A stretch of 64,000 nucleotides of DNA, taken from the NCBI GenBank assembly GCA_973895155.1, contig OZ316898.1, positions 15,034,330-15,098,329 of the forward strand, written 5' to 3'. A model generated the notes under the pieces. It was not told where the DNA came from and made no database searches. It saw only the letters and a program-made list of their open reading frames with translations. Within the stretch, counting starts at the first letter, position 1. The number at the start of each line of letters is the position of its first letter. This document shows, one piece after another, positions 1-14,183 of this stretch. The DNA is from Marsupella aquatica. Taxonomy: Eukaryota > Plantae > Marchantiophyta. A program made the position numbers and the translations under genes.

Positions 1-3000
1 GATGCGAATGCTTTCGACTTATTTCTTGGGCAAACAGGATTCGTTCACCTATTATACTGGGAAGGATTGGGAAGTAAATTGTGTTCCCACTCAGGACCAC
101 AACAGAAACCGCCAATTTTGTCGCTGCCACAGTCCTGTTGTGTGTTTGGGGCAGATTCATTGGTTATATCATATCTAAGTCTATTGCCCGAATATAGTAC
201 CATCGACACCTCACGAGTTATTCTGTAACGGACCAATTGAAAAGACGTTTCAGAAATTGTAAACAGGTTGGACTTCTCGTCTGACTCTGGAAATTATGAA
301 CACGGAGGATGTCCTGCACTCTTCCTAGATGGGTACTCTATAGCATTTACGATTTATATGTGTCATGTTGAGTCTCTGTTGCTCCTGGTTCACTTACACT
401 CTCGAGATTCCAGTTCGGTTCATATCTCCTGTGGTAAATTCACGCTGAAATTTCTGTATGGTACTTTCTGTTCTTAGAATGACCTAAACTTATGTATTTT
501 ATGTTTTAAGGCATTATGCTGGAATTTCTGAAAGTCTAGAGTAGGAGTTTGGAATAAGCAGCCAGTGGCAATTGAAATGAATCGGCACCTTGCTAAGTAA
601 AATAATACTAACTAAATATCAGGGCAGTACTATACAAGCCTCACTGGGCCTCCAAACTTAATCGGTCTTGCATTTATCTGAAAACCTATGAGAGCAGTAT
701 TGAGGGTTCCGAATGCCATCATGGAAATTAAGTCGTTTTCATAGATCTATATGATATAAGAGTGCCACCTGTCCAGTGGCTCTGCAAAATAACTGTTTGG
801 CCAGCCAGACGGCATTCTATTGTATCATCACAACATGCAACTGGAATCCAACAGTGTCCCAATTCGGAACTTTTCCTCTGGTCGTGAAAAAGTCATGGCA
901 AGGAATGTAATTATTCAGTCAAGCCACTCTCACTTCAGTTCTGTAATCAGAGTGTGCTGACTCAACCAGGACCGGAATCAAAGTCAGCAATGACTTCTGA
1001 TCGCTTACAATATCCCATATCTAAGATGGTGTTGAGGCAGTCATTGTTTACATTCCTTTGAAATTAAGTTACCATCGGGCCAGATATACTTTACATCGTA
1101 GCGTACAAAAGAATGGATCAATTTATTTCACACTTGGTGTGAGCTAACCATATTGGAACCCATTTACTGAGCGGTTTCTTGTTGCCTCAGTGGATAGTTT
1201 ATTTAACTCTCTGAACTTGCATGCGGTCTGTCAATTTAGTAAGTTTGCGTGATGTGGAATCATTCATTTAGAGAGCACTTACTACCCGAAAATGAGCGGT
1301 TACTGGCCATCGTCTATTGGATTCCGGACCATGGTACATGAGGTTGGCCATGTTGGATTGTTGGGACTCAGTACTAATGAGGATCTGCTGGATGACGCGA
1401 CCGTGATCAGCTCCGTCGTCTCGGTTATTTATTGACAAAGGTGTAAGCTTAATCATGAACAAAACACCGAAATTTTACAAAGAGGTTTTCCACAGTGAAG
1501 AGGCGACTGAAAGGCAGGTTTGCCAGCCAGCCGACTTCAGATTCGAAAGGACGAATGCAACCTATCTGCGTGTCACGGCTGGCCTGCCAAGAGAGAAGAA
1601 TGTGCATTCTCACTTATGTAACAAAGCTTTCGGAGACGCTAGCCAGCCTTTGCCAGGCCTTGAACAGACGAAAGGACACAGCGGGCCCAGCATGGCAGCG
1701 GCGATGTCATCAAATTGATTGCAGCAGGAAGGCCTCTGCTTGCTTTGCCTTGTACCGTAGCCACGAAGGAGAGTCTCATGATTATAGACTCCGTTCACCA
1801 AGTAGGTCGCCACTCGGCAAGAAACAGGGCGACAAAATCCCCTTTTAACTTCAGCTGCTGTTGCTGCAGCCCTGAAGATTTATCATCTCGCTGCTTACCG
1901 ACCTGAATATTAACTGCGCTCGATAAATAAATATTCCCCCACTGAATGAAAGAATATAACCTACGAATGTTTGATACTGAACCATCGACTTTTGAGATGA
2001 ATGGCCAAGATTGATTGATATGTGTTTGGTCAAATCATATGCTACAAAGTGAAATTGAAGTCCACCATGGTAGCCCTGCATATCCCTGAAGTGTGCTACA
2101 GCTACCCGGACTGAGTTGCAGTGGATGAGTCAACTTAATCTGTTCAGAGTGGTTGGCCAGGTCAAGGGTGGTGGTTTCTATTCTCTTTGGAGGTTGAGAT
2201 TATATCAGTCCCAATGATTGATAAGTGCACATCAAAATATGATATACTCACAATGTGCCACATCCCATGATAAATTTTTAATTTTCCTTAAATCAATGAA
2301 TGCACACCATATATTGTCACTTTATAATGTGTGCTTACTGGAAGAGATATTGAACTTGATGTTAAATCCCTTAGGGCCACTTTACAAGACGGGCGCAGCA
2401 AGTTGAGTGGTTTTTACCAGGGCTGGAACAGAGCCCGAATTTTTGTGTATGGTAGGACTCCCAACCAGGCCAAGGCAGAAAAAAACTAATAGTGCCGCAG
2501 ACGTCTGCTAAAGATAAGACTGCCTGGGCATTTCAGTGACAAGTAGTGGGGCCGGCGGGAGCTCATGGGGGCATTTTCACACATTTGAGAGATCCACGGC
2601 CCATATCACTCGGTAACTTTTGTTGCACTCCGTGACGAGTTGCACTCCTGCAAAAGGAAAGCACAAGAATTTTCAGGGTTGAAGTCTGGCGCTGCGCGAA
2701 GCTGGACATGGAGAGAACAAGTCGGGGGTCGGGTGATGAAGCAGATGTGGTACTGGGTAATTGCAGCCCGAGACCTGGAGCTGGAGCTGAGGACACAACG
2801 TCTACTTCGGCTGTTTCCAATGGCAGTAGGGAGGTGAGTTTAGGGTTTACATGATTCCAACAATTTGTAAAATTAGAATCTCTGCTATGACATGTATTCT
2901 TTGTTTTGGCCCACCAGGAATGAACTCGCATCCCTATCGTGCTCTATTGTGACTGCAACTCTGCAATTGCATGATCTTTATTTCCAATGTAGGCTGTTTC

Positions 3001-3179
3001 TTGAATTCCCAAAACTAGCTGAAAGCAATGAAACTCCCCGAATTGTCCACACAATTCAATTTCATGGTCTAATTCGAAGGATTTTGTGTTTCAATTTCAG
3101 GGTGATAGGAGGCAAAAAATTGTATTGCTCATCATTCTCAACCTAGCTCTCCAATTCATCATCATCCACAGCAATGAAA

Positions 3180-4528
3180 TGCATCAGGCTGCTCTAGTGC
3201 TAGCTACCAATGCCATGTCCAGAATTCAGTCTTTCAGATTGATTTCAGAATTCTTGCTCTCCCAGCTAGTTTATGTTTGCACAGGGACGATGGATCTGGA
3301 GGAAACAGAGGTGTGTATGGAGATTTGAACGCTCCTCTCCTTTTGTAGACAAAATTCTGCTACGAGCCCATTCTGAGTGAGTTCAGACGAAGTGTAAGGG
3401 TAAGTCAGCCCACATTCTATTACCTATGTTCCCTTTTAGCACCTGCCTTGCAGAAAGGTAAAAAAGGGGTGGGGATTCCACTAGAAACCAGGGTTGCATT
3501 ATCCCTTGACCGACTTGGCACGGACAATCATTTGCTAGCATGTGCTGATATGTTTGGGATGTCTGAAGGCTTGGCATCCATTGTTGTCTGTGACTTTTGT
3601 GAGGCTGTCGTGAAGATCATCCGTCCACTGGTGGTCAAAAGGTGGACTCCAGCTACTCTAAAAACCTTAGCCAATGAATTTGAAGCAAAGCATGGTATTA
3701 ATACCATACATTATGGGAGCCATAGATGGGTCCCATATCCCTATCATTGCACCTCCGGCACCATGGGACCCAGTACCTTATTATAATCAGAAGGGATTCT
3801 ATTCTGTACTTCTCCAAGGAATTGTTGATGTGAATACATCATTCTGGGATTGGGATTTCGGGTGGGCAGGCTCCTTGAACGATTACACCATGTTTATTCA
3901 CTCTGATTTTGGTAGTGCTATCATGAAGGGGAGTTTTGCCCCTTATAAAATCATTGGAGATGTTGCTTATCCATTCAGACAGTGGAACTGGGTTCCTTTC
4001 AAGGGGACTACAGAGCAGCTCCAACCATACAAGGCCCATTGGAATTTCATTCAGAGCAGCACCAGGATGTGTGTTGAACGAGCGTTCGGAATTTTGAAAG
4101 GGAGATGGCGGATTTTATTGAGGAGAATTGAGATGCACATAGAACATGTCTCTATCATTGTTTCTGCATGTATTTGCTTGCACAATCTTTGAGTGGCCCA
4201 CAAAGATTTCATTGATGACCAGATGGTTGAAGAAGCCAAGAAATGGCTAAAGGTGCAGCAGATTAGAAGCTTCGGGAATTTGCAGCAAGCAGGCACTATG
4301 AAGATTATGGACTACGGAAGATCCGAGGTAAACCGAGCACACATCGACATTGATGAGCTTATAAAACAAGCATCAACTCCTGATCCTCACTTTGTAAACA
4401 ATTTACACAGTTTGAATAGCTCTGATGTTGGAGCTTTAGAGAGAGGGGTCAATATGCATAGACAATTGGCAAGTCTTGTTCAACCACCACTTGAAAGAAC
4501 AGGTAGATTTGCAGGGTGCTTAGTTTAA
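3180..4528 (+). pseudogene. Harbinger (HARBI1-like, DDE_Tnp_4) transposase, disrupted
   Basis: Motifs IPLETRVALSLDRLGT, GAIDGSHIPI, YYNQKGFYSVLLQG, IIGDVAYP, STRMCVERAFGILKGRWRIL, ACICLHNL. Frameshift at ~3700 and in-frame TGA at 4190-4192. Start is approximate. Confidence 0.93.
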
Positions 4529-5005
4529 AGAGGTGAGCTCATTTGCAGAGGAGCCTGAATAATGTTGTTAATGCCAGGAGCAATGTTGAATTGTTGAATA
4601 TATATATAGCCTCTGGATGAGAGCCCTGGTGAGCACTTCAGCTCTGTATATGTAATAAACATTGCTATTGAATGGAACTTAAAGTTGCATTGTCTTGTGC
4701 TTTATATATTACATGAAGTGTTGTTTACAAAATTGCAGTACATTTGAGAGGCCTATTTGTCAGATTTTTGGAATCCCTACCGGATTGCTAAACAGAGTAT
4801 GATTTGGAAGCTGCTACCCGAGCCTTATCTATTCCAAATTCTGTAAACTCAAATGGGTAATACAGCTTTGAAGGACCTCTGTAAGTGTCCCAAGGGCGAA
4901 AACAGATGTTATCATCCCGAAGAGTCCTCCACAATAAGAGATATTTGTTTTGATTGAACAAAGTGGTATTCATTGCACTGTCTACAGATCCTGCAAAGTT
5001 TCCAT

Positions 5006-6423
5006 TTACAACTTGTCAATCAATCGAGCAAGATGTGACTGAAGCTCTTTCAATACTGTAGTGTTCTCATGAATGTCTGTAGCTATGGAAGTTGTTTGAA
5101 CAACCACGGCAGAAGTTTGAGACACCATTTCCTTCATGGATTGAACCATGTCACACATAATCGTAGATATGTGTTCCCCAGAGGATCTCTTCCCAGATTT
5201 ACTAAGGACCGTGATAGAATCAAATGTAGATTGGGGACCTGGAATTGAGACCCCAGGCCCTATTGTGTCTTCAGCTGAGCCTTGACCTTCACAAAGCTCA
5301 TTGAGGTCAGGGGGACAGGGATTGGGAGTACCTCGAGCATCAAAATGGATAAGTTTTCTAACATTCAAGAGGTTGTTGAATCCCTGGTCAATGTGCGCAA
5401 AGAATTTACACGTGACCTTTCTACCCTCACCTGAGATCTGGATCAGTCGTTTGTCTGTACAATACTGCCGATAAATTGCAATCCATTTTTTTCTACAGGC
5501 TTCTGCAGATTTTGTGAAGCTATCACAAGCTGCAATCATCTTGATTTGCAGCTTCTCCCACATGTTAATTCCTGTAAAAAAAACCACACAACTAGTAAGA
5601 GAATTGAGCACATTTCAATGAAAAGAAATTAAAACACCAAATTTATCCAAAAGTTGTCAGAGTTAATCTTGTATCAATACCTGCAGAAATTTCACCAGAG
5701 TTTCGGGCAGAAATTGAAGCACACATTTCAAACATAAATTGAAGCAGACATTTCACACATAAATTCAAACAGACATTTCATTCGAGCAGACATTTCAGAG
5801 GCAATCTTGTAATAAACTTCCACTGTTCCTTCGTGCAGAGATTTCAGAGGTAACTGAGGAGTAAAATGGAATTCACCTTGCTTCTTGGTATTTTGCTTGA
5901 ATTCTTCGTCCATCTCACTCCTAAAAGCAATGAGTTGTATGACATCTGCATCCTCCCAGCAAATGGTTGCCTCATTGTCTGCCACTTGATCCCCTGCTTG
6001 ATCAATCTCCCTGGAAATCTTGGCCTTCTTGGACATCTTCTTCCCAACTGCCCGTTTCTTACCAGTAGTTGTCCCCTCTGAAGGAGTTACAGCGCTTGCA
6101 GGTGGAGATCGTGGATGTTGGACTGCTTCACGATTCTGCAAAGGAGTGTGTTACCTTCCTTCTGAGTAGAATGGGTTTCCTCCGCATGACTGCTGTTCAT
6201 ATGAAGTCGGATCAGAGAAGAAAGGAGCTGGAGAAGCATTGGGCTGTAACTAAGGATGAGAAAATTGTGAGATTGATGGTGGATCATTCAAAAGCGCCAT
6301 AAACTCTGCGTTCGACATCGTGTGGGCACCTCGGGACATTTCTTGGCCAAACTGTGAATCAGGAATTACAGCTGAGGAACGATTGCTCTCATACCAAAGA
6401 GAGAAATTTCCCGTTCCTGCCAT
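5006..6423 (-). pseudogene. Harbinger Myb/SANT-like (trihelix) DNA-binding protein
   Basis: WEDADVIQLIAFRSEMDEEF..KKQ spliced (GT ~5877, AG ~5573) to GINMWEKLQ..KSAEACRKKWIAIYRQY..CKFFAHID, followed by a coiled-coil-like C-terminus. In-frame stops in the N-terminal part. Confidence 0.85.
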
Positions 6424-7851
6424 GTCTACAATCGCCTCAACTCCCACACTGCTACAATCCCTTCTGAAGAGTCTGTGAACAAATTGCAAGTGCTCCCAGA
6501 CGACGAGCTGCTCACCCATATACTGTCGTTCTCTTCCATGGTAGGGGCGCGGTTGATTTGTAATTTGAAGTTGGGCTTGTAATTTAAAGCGGCCGCATTT
6601 GTCAAAGCTCGCGGGAACCGTCACTTGCAGCTCATCCACTCTCATGAATGATGATAAAATCGGAGGAGAAAGTGGCCTGCCCATTTTGCACCTCCGGAGG
6701 TCCGATAGTCTAGCGCCCGAATGTTCATCCCGAGCCGGCTGGCCAGAGCTAATCCATACCAGAATGGAGGTTCGGTCGTTCCCACAGCTCAACTTGCTGC
6801 GCCAATCTTGTAAAGCAAGGAGCGCGCGGGCAGACTGAAACAACGGTCCTGATTGATTCAATCCTGAAAAAAGTTGCATTGTCTTGTGAAGTGGCCCTTA
6901 GACTTTATACAAAGGCCACTCGAGCCCTACTGCATATGAATATATAATGAAACTGATGTCAAAGTAACAAGTTGAACGGTCAGATATTCTAATGGGATGC
7001 AAATATTCAACTCAAAAGTCATACTGAAAAATAGTCAAGGGGGCAAAACACTTCCCATGCATGCCATTCAATTATTGTACCGACAAAAATAAATGCAATA
7101 GTGTAGCTGTTAACTGTCGACCCTCTTAGCTGAGAGACTACATAATTAATTTTAGTTGTCGCACTTACTCCTGATCACTAATTTTATTATATTAAGCTCG
7201 TTGAACCTTCTCATGATTAAACATAATCTCCCGTGATAATGCCAACTAAATTTTACTAATATAGTGGGATATAAAATTATTTTCTTTCCAGGGTTTTTGT
7301 CTCGAGTGAAGCACTTAGATGATAATTCTGAATAAGGACAAAACTACTCATGACTCCATGATTCTAAATAAGAACAAAATTAAAAATGAGGATGAATTAA
7401 AATAGATATAGAACAACGCTGAACAGGGACCAATAGAATTCTCGTTTTTGCAAGTATTTTTTTTGTCATCATCTCGATTTACGTTCATGGAATGGGTAAT
7501 GAGACTAGTTTGTTTAAATGTAGATTTCCACCTACTTTTTTATGTAGATGTTTGAATTTCATTGACAGCTTGGGAATTTGGGATGTACGAAGAAGCTTGG
7601 TTGTGCATCCCACACACCCCTTTTTGTCTTGTCATGGTAATTGTTCATCAAACAGTGCCAGATACTTGGAAAGAATACCAATCAGAAACTATAATACAGA
7701 GTTGCGTCACTTTTTGAAATAATCGTCATTCAAATTTGGAGAGACTTTTTAAGTGAAAGAAAAGAGAACTGTAACAAGAGAAAGGAATAAGAGAAACTAA
7801 TTATATTTAGTGTGAACATGTTTCTCCAAGCAAGAAAAGTATAAAGGCTTC

Positions 7852-7970
7852 CCCTTTACCATCCATGCTACCCCATGCTCCTCCCTCTACCATCCATGCT
7901 ACCCCATGCTCCTCCCTCTACCATCCATGCAAATCATGCATACAAAGTGTTCATTCCTCTACCATCCATG
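7852..7970. repeat. Tandem repeat, ~32-bp unit (CCTCTACCATCCATGCTACCCCATGCTCCTC)
   Basis: Two full and further partial copies visible. Confidence 0.85.
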
Positions 7971-9319
7971 CCATATCATACATGCAAAGGAAGTGCTACA
8001 TGTATCATGAAGGAGTTTAATAACAAATATTTTACATAATCAAGAAAATAGTGCACAAACCTAATCAATGAGACAAAGACAAGATGAGAAAAATAGTGAA
8101 AAAAGAAACGAAGGTTTCAAAAGATATAAATTACAAAAACAATTAAAAAATTAATTCTTGTTAGGATATAAGTACCAAGGTTAGATTAACTAACCAGGAT
8201 TAATACCCCTGGATTAGTACCATATATATTACCCACATATATATAGAAGAGCGGCAATTGCCATATTGTTAGTTGTTGAATCATTATCATGTAACAATTC
8301 TCATTTTGTTATACATTGGTGGTGGTTTTCGTCTCTTTTTGTGTCATGACATCTTTCACTCTACAATTGCCATGCACTTTTGCCATTGCCAGTCACTTTA
8401 GGAAAATAGCTTTAGTTGCAATTCACCTTTGCCATTGCCAGGCATCTGGGTTCAACCATCCCCTCAACTAGTCAAGATCCAATCGAGCACAACAGTCTGC
8501 CAAATGAACTTTGTGAAGTCGACGGGCCAGTCAAATGATGACGGGGTCGAGCGGAGGTGATTTGTTCCCACATAGCTGGATGGTCAATTAGTGTAGGCGA
8601 CTGGACTTGGTTTCCCACGTCGGCATGGACAAAGGCAATTTCTGGATTTATCGCCAGACGGGTTTTATTGCCAGACTTGCTGGATAGCAGTTTGCCAACC
8701 CATCATCACATAATTATATGGAAAGTGATAGCACTTGAGCATATTTGCACCTGAGATTTATCTGGATTTCATACAAACATGTGCAACAGTTTGTACCCGA
8801 GATACCACAATGCCGGCCTTAATGTACGGAACTAAAATGAACTAGAAATGGTATCAAGTGAGGTATTTCTCTGCAACGTTTGGTTGTACAAACGCGTCAC
8901 ATCTTCCATGTGTATGACTGCTCGCATCATTCTGTGGATGCGTCGATGCAATAAACCTTGAAGGGAAGGCATGTCTGTTGTCGAGCAAGACGCCCACTGT
9001 ACAGTCCCCTTCACGGCTTCGCTTGATCTGGGGAAAAGTGCCACCATCACACAAGTTGTTTTAATAAGGAGACCGCATCGATTTCATTTATTCTGAGAGA
9101 AGACAAGACAGTATGCGATGTGCTCAACATGATTTTGGTCCTGTAGAATCTGTAGGTGCCCCGACATACCGTACCTTCTAGGTTCTGATTCACAAATTAA
9201 GATTCACAGCGGGCTGTCCCCGGAAGTGTAGTAATTAGCCTCGATCCTCTAAATTTTCTAAGTTAGAGAACTCATATTGAAGCCATGGACTTCCAAAATG
9301 TTCAGATATACTTTTGAGA

Positions 9320-9499
9320 AGAGATATGCTTAGTAGACCCCCCTCTAGAAAAAGTTTGTTTAATCAACCCTTTCCATATTTTTCCCCAATCTGGACCATT
9401 GATGAACTTTTTGATCTCAGATCTGGACCGTTGATAGACCTCAGGGGGTTGATCAAGTAACAAGTTTCATTTTGGGGGGTCGATCAAGAAAATACCTCT
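9320..9499. mobile_element. Mutator-like MITE
   Basis: Imperfect ~50-bp terminal inverted repeats (GACCCCCC..TCAACCC / GGGTTGA..GGGGGGTC). 10-bp TSD ACTTTTGAGA (9310-9319) / ACTTTTGCGA (9500-9509). Confidence 0.75.
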
Positions 9500-9799
9500 A
9501 CTTTTGCGACAGGATCGATGGGAGGCAGAAAAACACCATTTCTTCGCATATTCCACAGATTATACCGAGCGGTTCTCGATTGTCAATTAAATTATGGTAC
9601 ATTAAGGTTATTGGAAAGATATTTTTCAAGTCAATTTTAATAATAATAAAAATAACAAATTACATGAAATTACAGTCTGGAATACTGAATGTCAGAGTTA
9701 GCTTCTCAAAAAATTTAAGAAGCCCAAAACCTCGCAACTAGCATATTCGATAAACTTACACTCTGTAAACTCTAGGCGCTAATGGTAATTATGACAAAA

Positions 9800-11553
9800 T
9801 CACTTTTGGGGCCCATTGGTGAGAGAGTCACACATTCTAGCTAGTTGGAGTGTTGTGTACTATCCTAGTTTGAGGTTTGTGGATATATGCTATCTGAATA
9901 TGTAGGACAGGTTGGTGATGATAGACTTTGCGGTGTGCACATTGAAGGGTTATCTTTTGATGTTGGACCATTGAAACCTCTGGAGTTGGCTATGGCGGCA
10001 GAGCACTATTGTAACATAGATTCCCTGGAAGCACCGGTACGTTTGGTCCGATATAGATTGTATCCACTCACTCTTGATCACGTGGTTGCGTAGAGGGAGA
10101 TTGTTGGTTGAGACTTGGTGACTATTATTGTGGGTTTTCATCCATGTTTGGAAATGATACTTGTTTGTCTTCCATTCTCTAGCTAGTATTGTGTGTTGTG
10201 TGCTTATACTTGTGATGGAATGTGTGTCAACGATGTGAGTTGTATAGCGATGTGTATGCGCACGACAGTACCCTAAAGTCTCCTCCAAACAAAAATGTCC
10301 CTAAATTGACAGTCCCATGTACATTGCACTCACTAAAGCCCTTTGTCAAGTTCCCCAGCGAGAAACTTAATTTTACAATAGAATGGCCCTCCCAGCCACA
10401 AACATGCTGAGTCACTCACAAAAATTAAGGTGATGCAGGCTCAGGCTCGGTGACCTTGCCAACAGTAGAAACAAGTTTCACTTCCAATCTCACCCTGTGT
10501 ACTATAGAGAGAATTGTGAGTTTCACCTTTGCTTTCAATCAGACAGAACTGAAGACCATCCTGCAATGCCAGAGTTTACAGAAAACTTTAGATGTGGATT
10601 ACCCTTTGAGGAGTGGGGAAGAGTATGGAGGCAGGTGGCATTCACACTTTTGATTAAGCTGCAGACCTATATTAAGTAAAGGTCATGAATCCTTAAGTAC
10701 AAGCTTAACAAACGATTCAAAATATTAAAGTAACTATCAAAAAACTGCTTTAACCAGGGGTGACTGGTGCCTCTTTCCTTATTAAAGTTGCATAAAGGAA
10801 AACAATCGTTCATGAAGAGTTGTTCTCAAATCAATACTTTTCAGAAAGTTGGTTTCCAAATGTATCTAAACTGAAAAAATTGATTCAAATATCTAAAATT
10901 TTGTGTCATTTATTCATTGTACCCTATTTTTGGAATCCCCTTTTGGCGTGTCAATCTAGCTAGTCATAAGGAGTCCTAGAAACACACAAAATCCAAAAGC
11001 CAATGAAGTAATGTAAAGAAACCTTAGTTGGAGGTCTCACTATATAGATGTCTCCCCATCACTTACGAAGTTTTTAGGCCTCGGACCCCCTACAATGTAA
11101 GGAAAAATATTATTTTTGAACCCCTATAAAGTTTTTAGTTAGAAAGACACTAATATCCTTATAAGTCTCAAAATTGGATTGAAAAGACTCTATTGTTCTT
11201 CTGAGAAAAATTTTAAGTATTCCCTTTGAACCAATAAAATGATTTTATCCTTCATTGCACGTGATGTGCCATTTTTTTGGAAGTGAAACCCCTGGTTTAC
11301 ATGAGCAAAGATAATTGGGCTAGACTTAGGCAGAAGTTGTGGGAGGGAAGGCCTCAGCCAACAACATTTTTGCAGATATGTCATTTGACTATGGTACTTA
11401 TGCTTGCCTCCGGGAGGTTGATGAGGAGACTCTGCAGGTCCCTCCAATGCCCCCAAGACCTCCATGATTAGTTGGCTGTTTTCAAGGTTGTGATTTGTCC
11501 TGTAGTTAATTTGACAAGTTCCCTTTTGTCTTGGCAAGCGCCTCAGACCCACT
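9800..11553 (-). mobile_element. Highly degraded LTR retrotransposon gag/protease remnant, probably continuing beyond 21846 and hosting the CACTA insertion
   Basis: Degenerate CX2CX4HX4C spacing (CQINYRTNHNLENS, ~11480-11520) and a retropepsin-like HTILAREW (~10170). Weak evidence. Confidence 0.3.
11028..11295 (+). mobile_element. MITE family copy A
   Basis: High similarity to 15938-16234 and, inverted, to 23953-24243. TIR core GGGGTYTCACT / AGTGARACCCC. Confidence 0.85.
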
Positions 11554-12254
11554 CACGGCTACATTATCAGGACTTTTTACATGTTACATGAAGACGTTAA
11601 GCCCAACGTCTCCTTGCTGCTAAAGAAAGGCGACACATACACTCGACGTGAATCAGGGCACATTTTGTACGAAGTAACAAAGGTTACAGTTTACATCGTC
11701 CAAAACGACGTTACATACATCAGTACATACTACGTTACATATTAACGTCGTAAATAAAGACGTTATTCTGGATGCAGATTGAACAGGCAAATCAGCAGAT
11801 AACATCATTTAAAACAACGTTAATGTCAGATTACGTAGTTTGTGACTTTGTTAATGATGAGTCTGTCCAGGACGTATGAGTAGTAAGTCGTGTGAGGCTT
11901 GGTAAAAATGGTGTTAACGAGAACGTTTGAAAATAGTACCAAGAATGGAGAGACATGAATGGAGTGCCGTTTGTGGTAAACATTAATCTTGTATGGAACA
12001 TCCTTCTAGGCTACCTTAGTTGGCTGGGCTTTAGGTTTAGGTTCATATACACACGGAATACACATAAAATAGACATATGAAGTCCAGAATGCCACTATAA
12101 ATGGGTGGCGTCAAAAGTTTTTGCCAAAAATGTACAAAATGCAGGTGGACGTCCACCTAGTCATGCATGGTATACCCTAATGCCGTTGAGAGCGGCTCCT
12201 ATCACGTCCAGACCTGCGAACAGAAATACGTGGCGGTGCTTCCGACTGTTTGCC

Positions 12255-12402
12255 TCAGGGCCGCAACTCGTACCAAAGTGGATCCTCGTCTGAACTACTG
12301 CTACCAGACACCAACTCCGCAGCTCCCTTGCCTCTACTCCTGGGGACTACATCTCTAGTGCCATTGTGTCCCCTAGTGGTATCCCTCTCGACATGGCTCC
12401 TC

Positions 12403-12501
<99 letters not shown>

Positions 12502-14183
12502 CGTCTATGGCTGGTATGACCCCTATCAGTCTCCACTGGAGGGGAGAGGTCAGAAGATGACCGGCCCTGTGTACCTAAACTGCCCTCCTGCCCACAGTCC
12601 ACTAAGGCCTCCTCTTGCGTATCAGGCTCCTCCCCTCCATGATCTGCCTCCTCATCTTCTGCAATGGGCCGTGCCACTAACCCCTCTGGAGGACTCCAAT
12701 CCTCCTGCACATGACATAAGGGATCAGTTTACCTCCTGCAAATAGTGGATGCAAAACCTAGTATAGAAGGAACCTAACCTGACTATGTAACTTACCACTG
12801 GGTGGTCCTCCGGGACAGAGTCCAGCTTAGCCCATAGGGCCGCCGGGCCATAGCGTTTTGAATAGAGCCACTCCTGCTCACTTGGCTCGGCGTTGGCTCC
12901 AAACTTGCGTTTCTGCAGGAAATTGGAGAACGTCGTCACCACAGTCGTTAATTACAATGTACCTAACGACGCTTTCTAATTAACGTCGTCCAAGATAAGG
13001 TTTATATAGTGGAACTGCCATATTAACGATGCAGAAACGAGGTTAATTAAATGTAACATCGTGAGAGACGACGTTAGGTAGGGTGAACGTAGGGTGGGTA
13101 GACGTAAAATTGAGAACTTGCGACGTTAGAGGAGAAAAACGACGTTAATTCAATGTTCTCACCGCAGCGGCCGAAGCATGAACAAGCTGTGCTTTGAAGA
13201 GGGTGGGGGACTTACATAGGTTGCGAGGAAGCCTCGCCATCCTCCTTGGCCCTAGAAATTGGTCACACGTAGGCGGCCATTTAATTTGCGGGCTGCAGTA
13301 GCTTTGTCCCCCATGTGCACTCGCTTGCCTACTGGGGTGTCAGGTGCTGCTTCCAACTTAGCCACGATCAACTTGAAGTCGGCGTCACTCATTCCTTCTT
13401 GTTTAAGGTATTGCTCTGTCCTTGGGCATCTCATTTTTGGAACCTTGTTTCTCCATCTAAACCTCCGATCTGCAAGGTAGCCTATGATCTTCTGTCTGAT
13501 GTGCCTGTAGTCTATTTCACGGCCATTCCTAAACCCAGCTTGCACATCGTTTAGGAGGAGCTGAAACTTCTTTGGGTTCTGTGCGAGATCCTTCCAAGTT
13601 GTCCAACCAGGACAGTGCTTGGCACAACACGTCTGCACTCAATTTGTGAAGGCCTTCTCATCCAGAACATCCGGCCTAGCATCAAACACATCCAATGTGA
13701 TGGTTGGGAGTTTGTCTCGACTCACAGCAGTAGTTACAAGTCGCACAGGAGAAGGTTGTCGCTTTTTGTGGGAGTGACGTTCACGCTGAGGTGAGTACCT
13801 CTCTCTTCTATCTGCCCTTGCATCTCCCTCTGTTCTTCTTCTTTTCTACCTCTACTGTGTGGATCTGCATCTCTATACTCCTTCCCTTCCCCCTTCCATC
13901 TTCTCTCATCAAGGCTGCTATTGCTGTTGCGTGTTCTATCACGATGCCTCCTCCGCCTGCGAGAGTCCCGATCCTGATCAGGCTGGAATCTGTCATGTGC
14001 TACCCTGACCACACTCTTGATTGGGGTCCCACTAGGTGCCTGAGAATCAGACTGCATTCCATTGAAGGCAGGATCGTCCCACCCATCATCTAGTAGGGAC
14101 GGGAAGGAGTTGAGAGCATCGATCGAAGGCCCCCATCCTCCCCCAAGAGCGTTGCATTCAATTCTCAGTTTCCACATAATCAT
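12255..14183 (-). pseudogene. TnpA-like (En/Spm accessory, Ptta/Transposase_24-like) gene, spliced and disrupted
   Basis: TTWKDL..YLADRRFRWRNK..RVTNF*GQGGWRGF resembles the TnpA H-x-G-x-G-G-Y region. GTAAGT donors at ~13215 and ~12795. Charged C-terminal exon. Contains stops and a frameshift. Confidence 0.6.
12406..12498. repeat. (CT)46 microsatellite
   Basis: Perfect dinucleotide run; reads as (ER)n in the minus-strand ORF 12255-12710. Confidence 0.99.

Larger units (their letters stand above)
2374..6897. mobile_element. PIF/Harbinger DNA transposon, full length with decayed ORFs
   Basis: 17-bp TIRs GGGCCACTTTACAAGAC (2374-2390) and GTCTTGTGAAGTGGCCC (6881-6897) match 16/17. TTA TSD at 2371-2373 and 6898-6900. 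Encloses convergent DDE nuclease and Myb/SANT-like genes. Confidence 0.95.

Noticed and set aside
1-2370. Short ORFs at the window start
   Set aside because: No recognisable domain or coherent exon chain; probably UTR, intron or intergenic sequence.
2563-2931. 122-aa minus-strand ORF near the Harbinger left end
   Set aside because: No recognisable motif; could be a chance ORF in GC-richer subterminal DNA.
12250-12560. Plus-strand (SL)n ORFs
   Set aside because: Artefact of the CT microsatellite.
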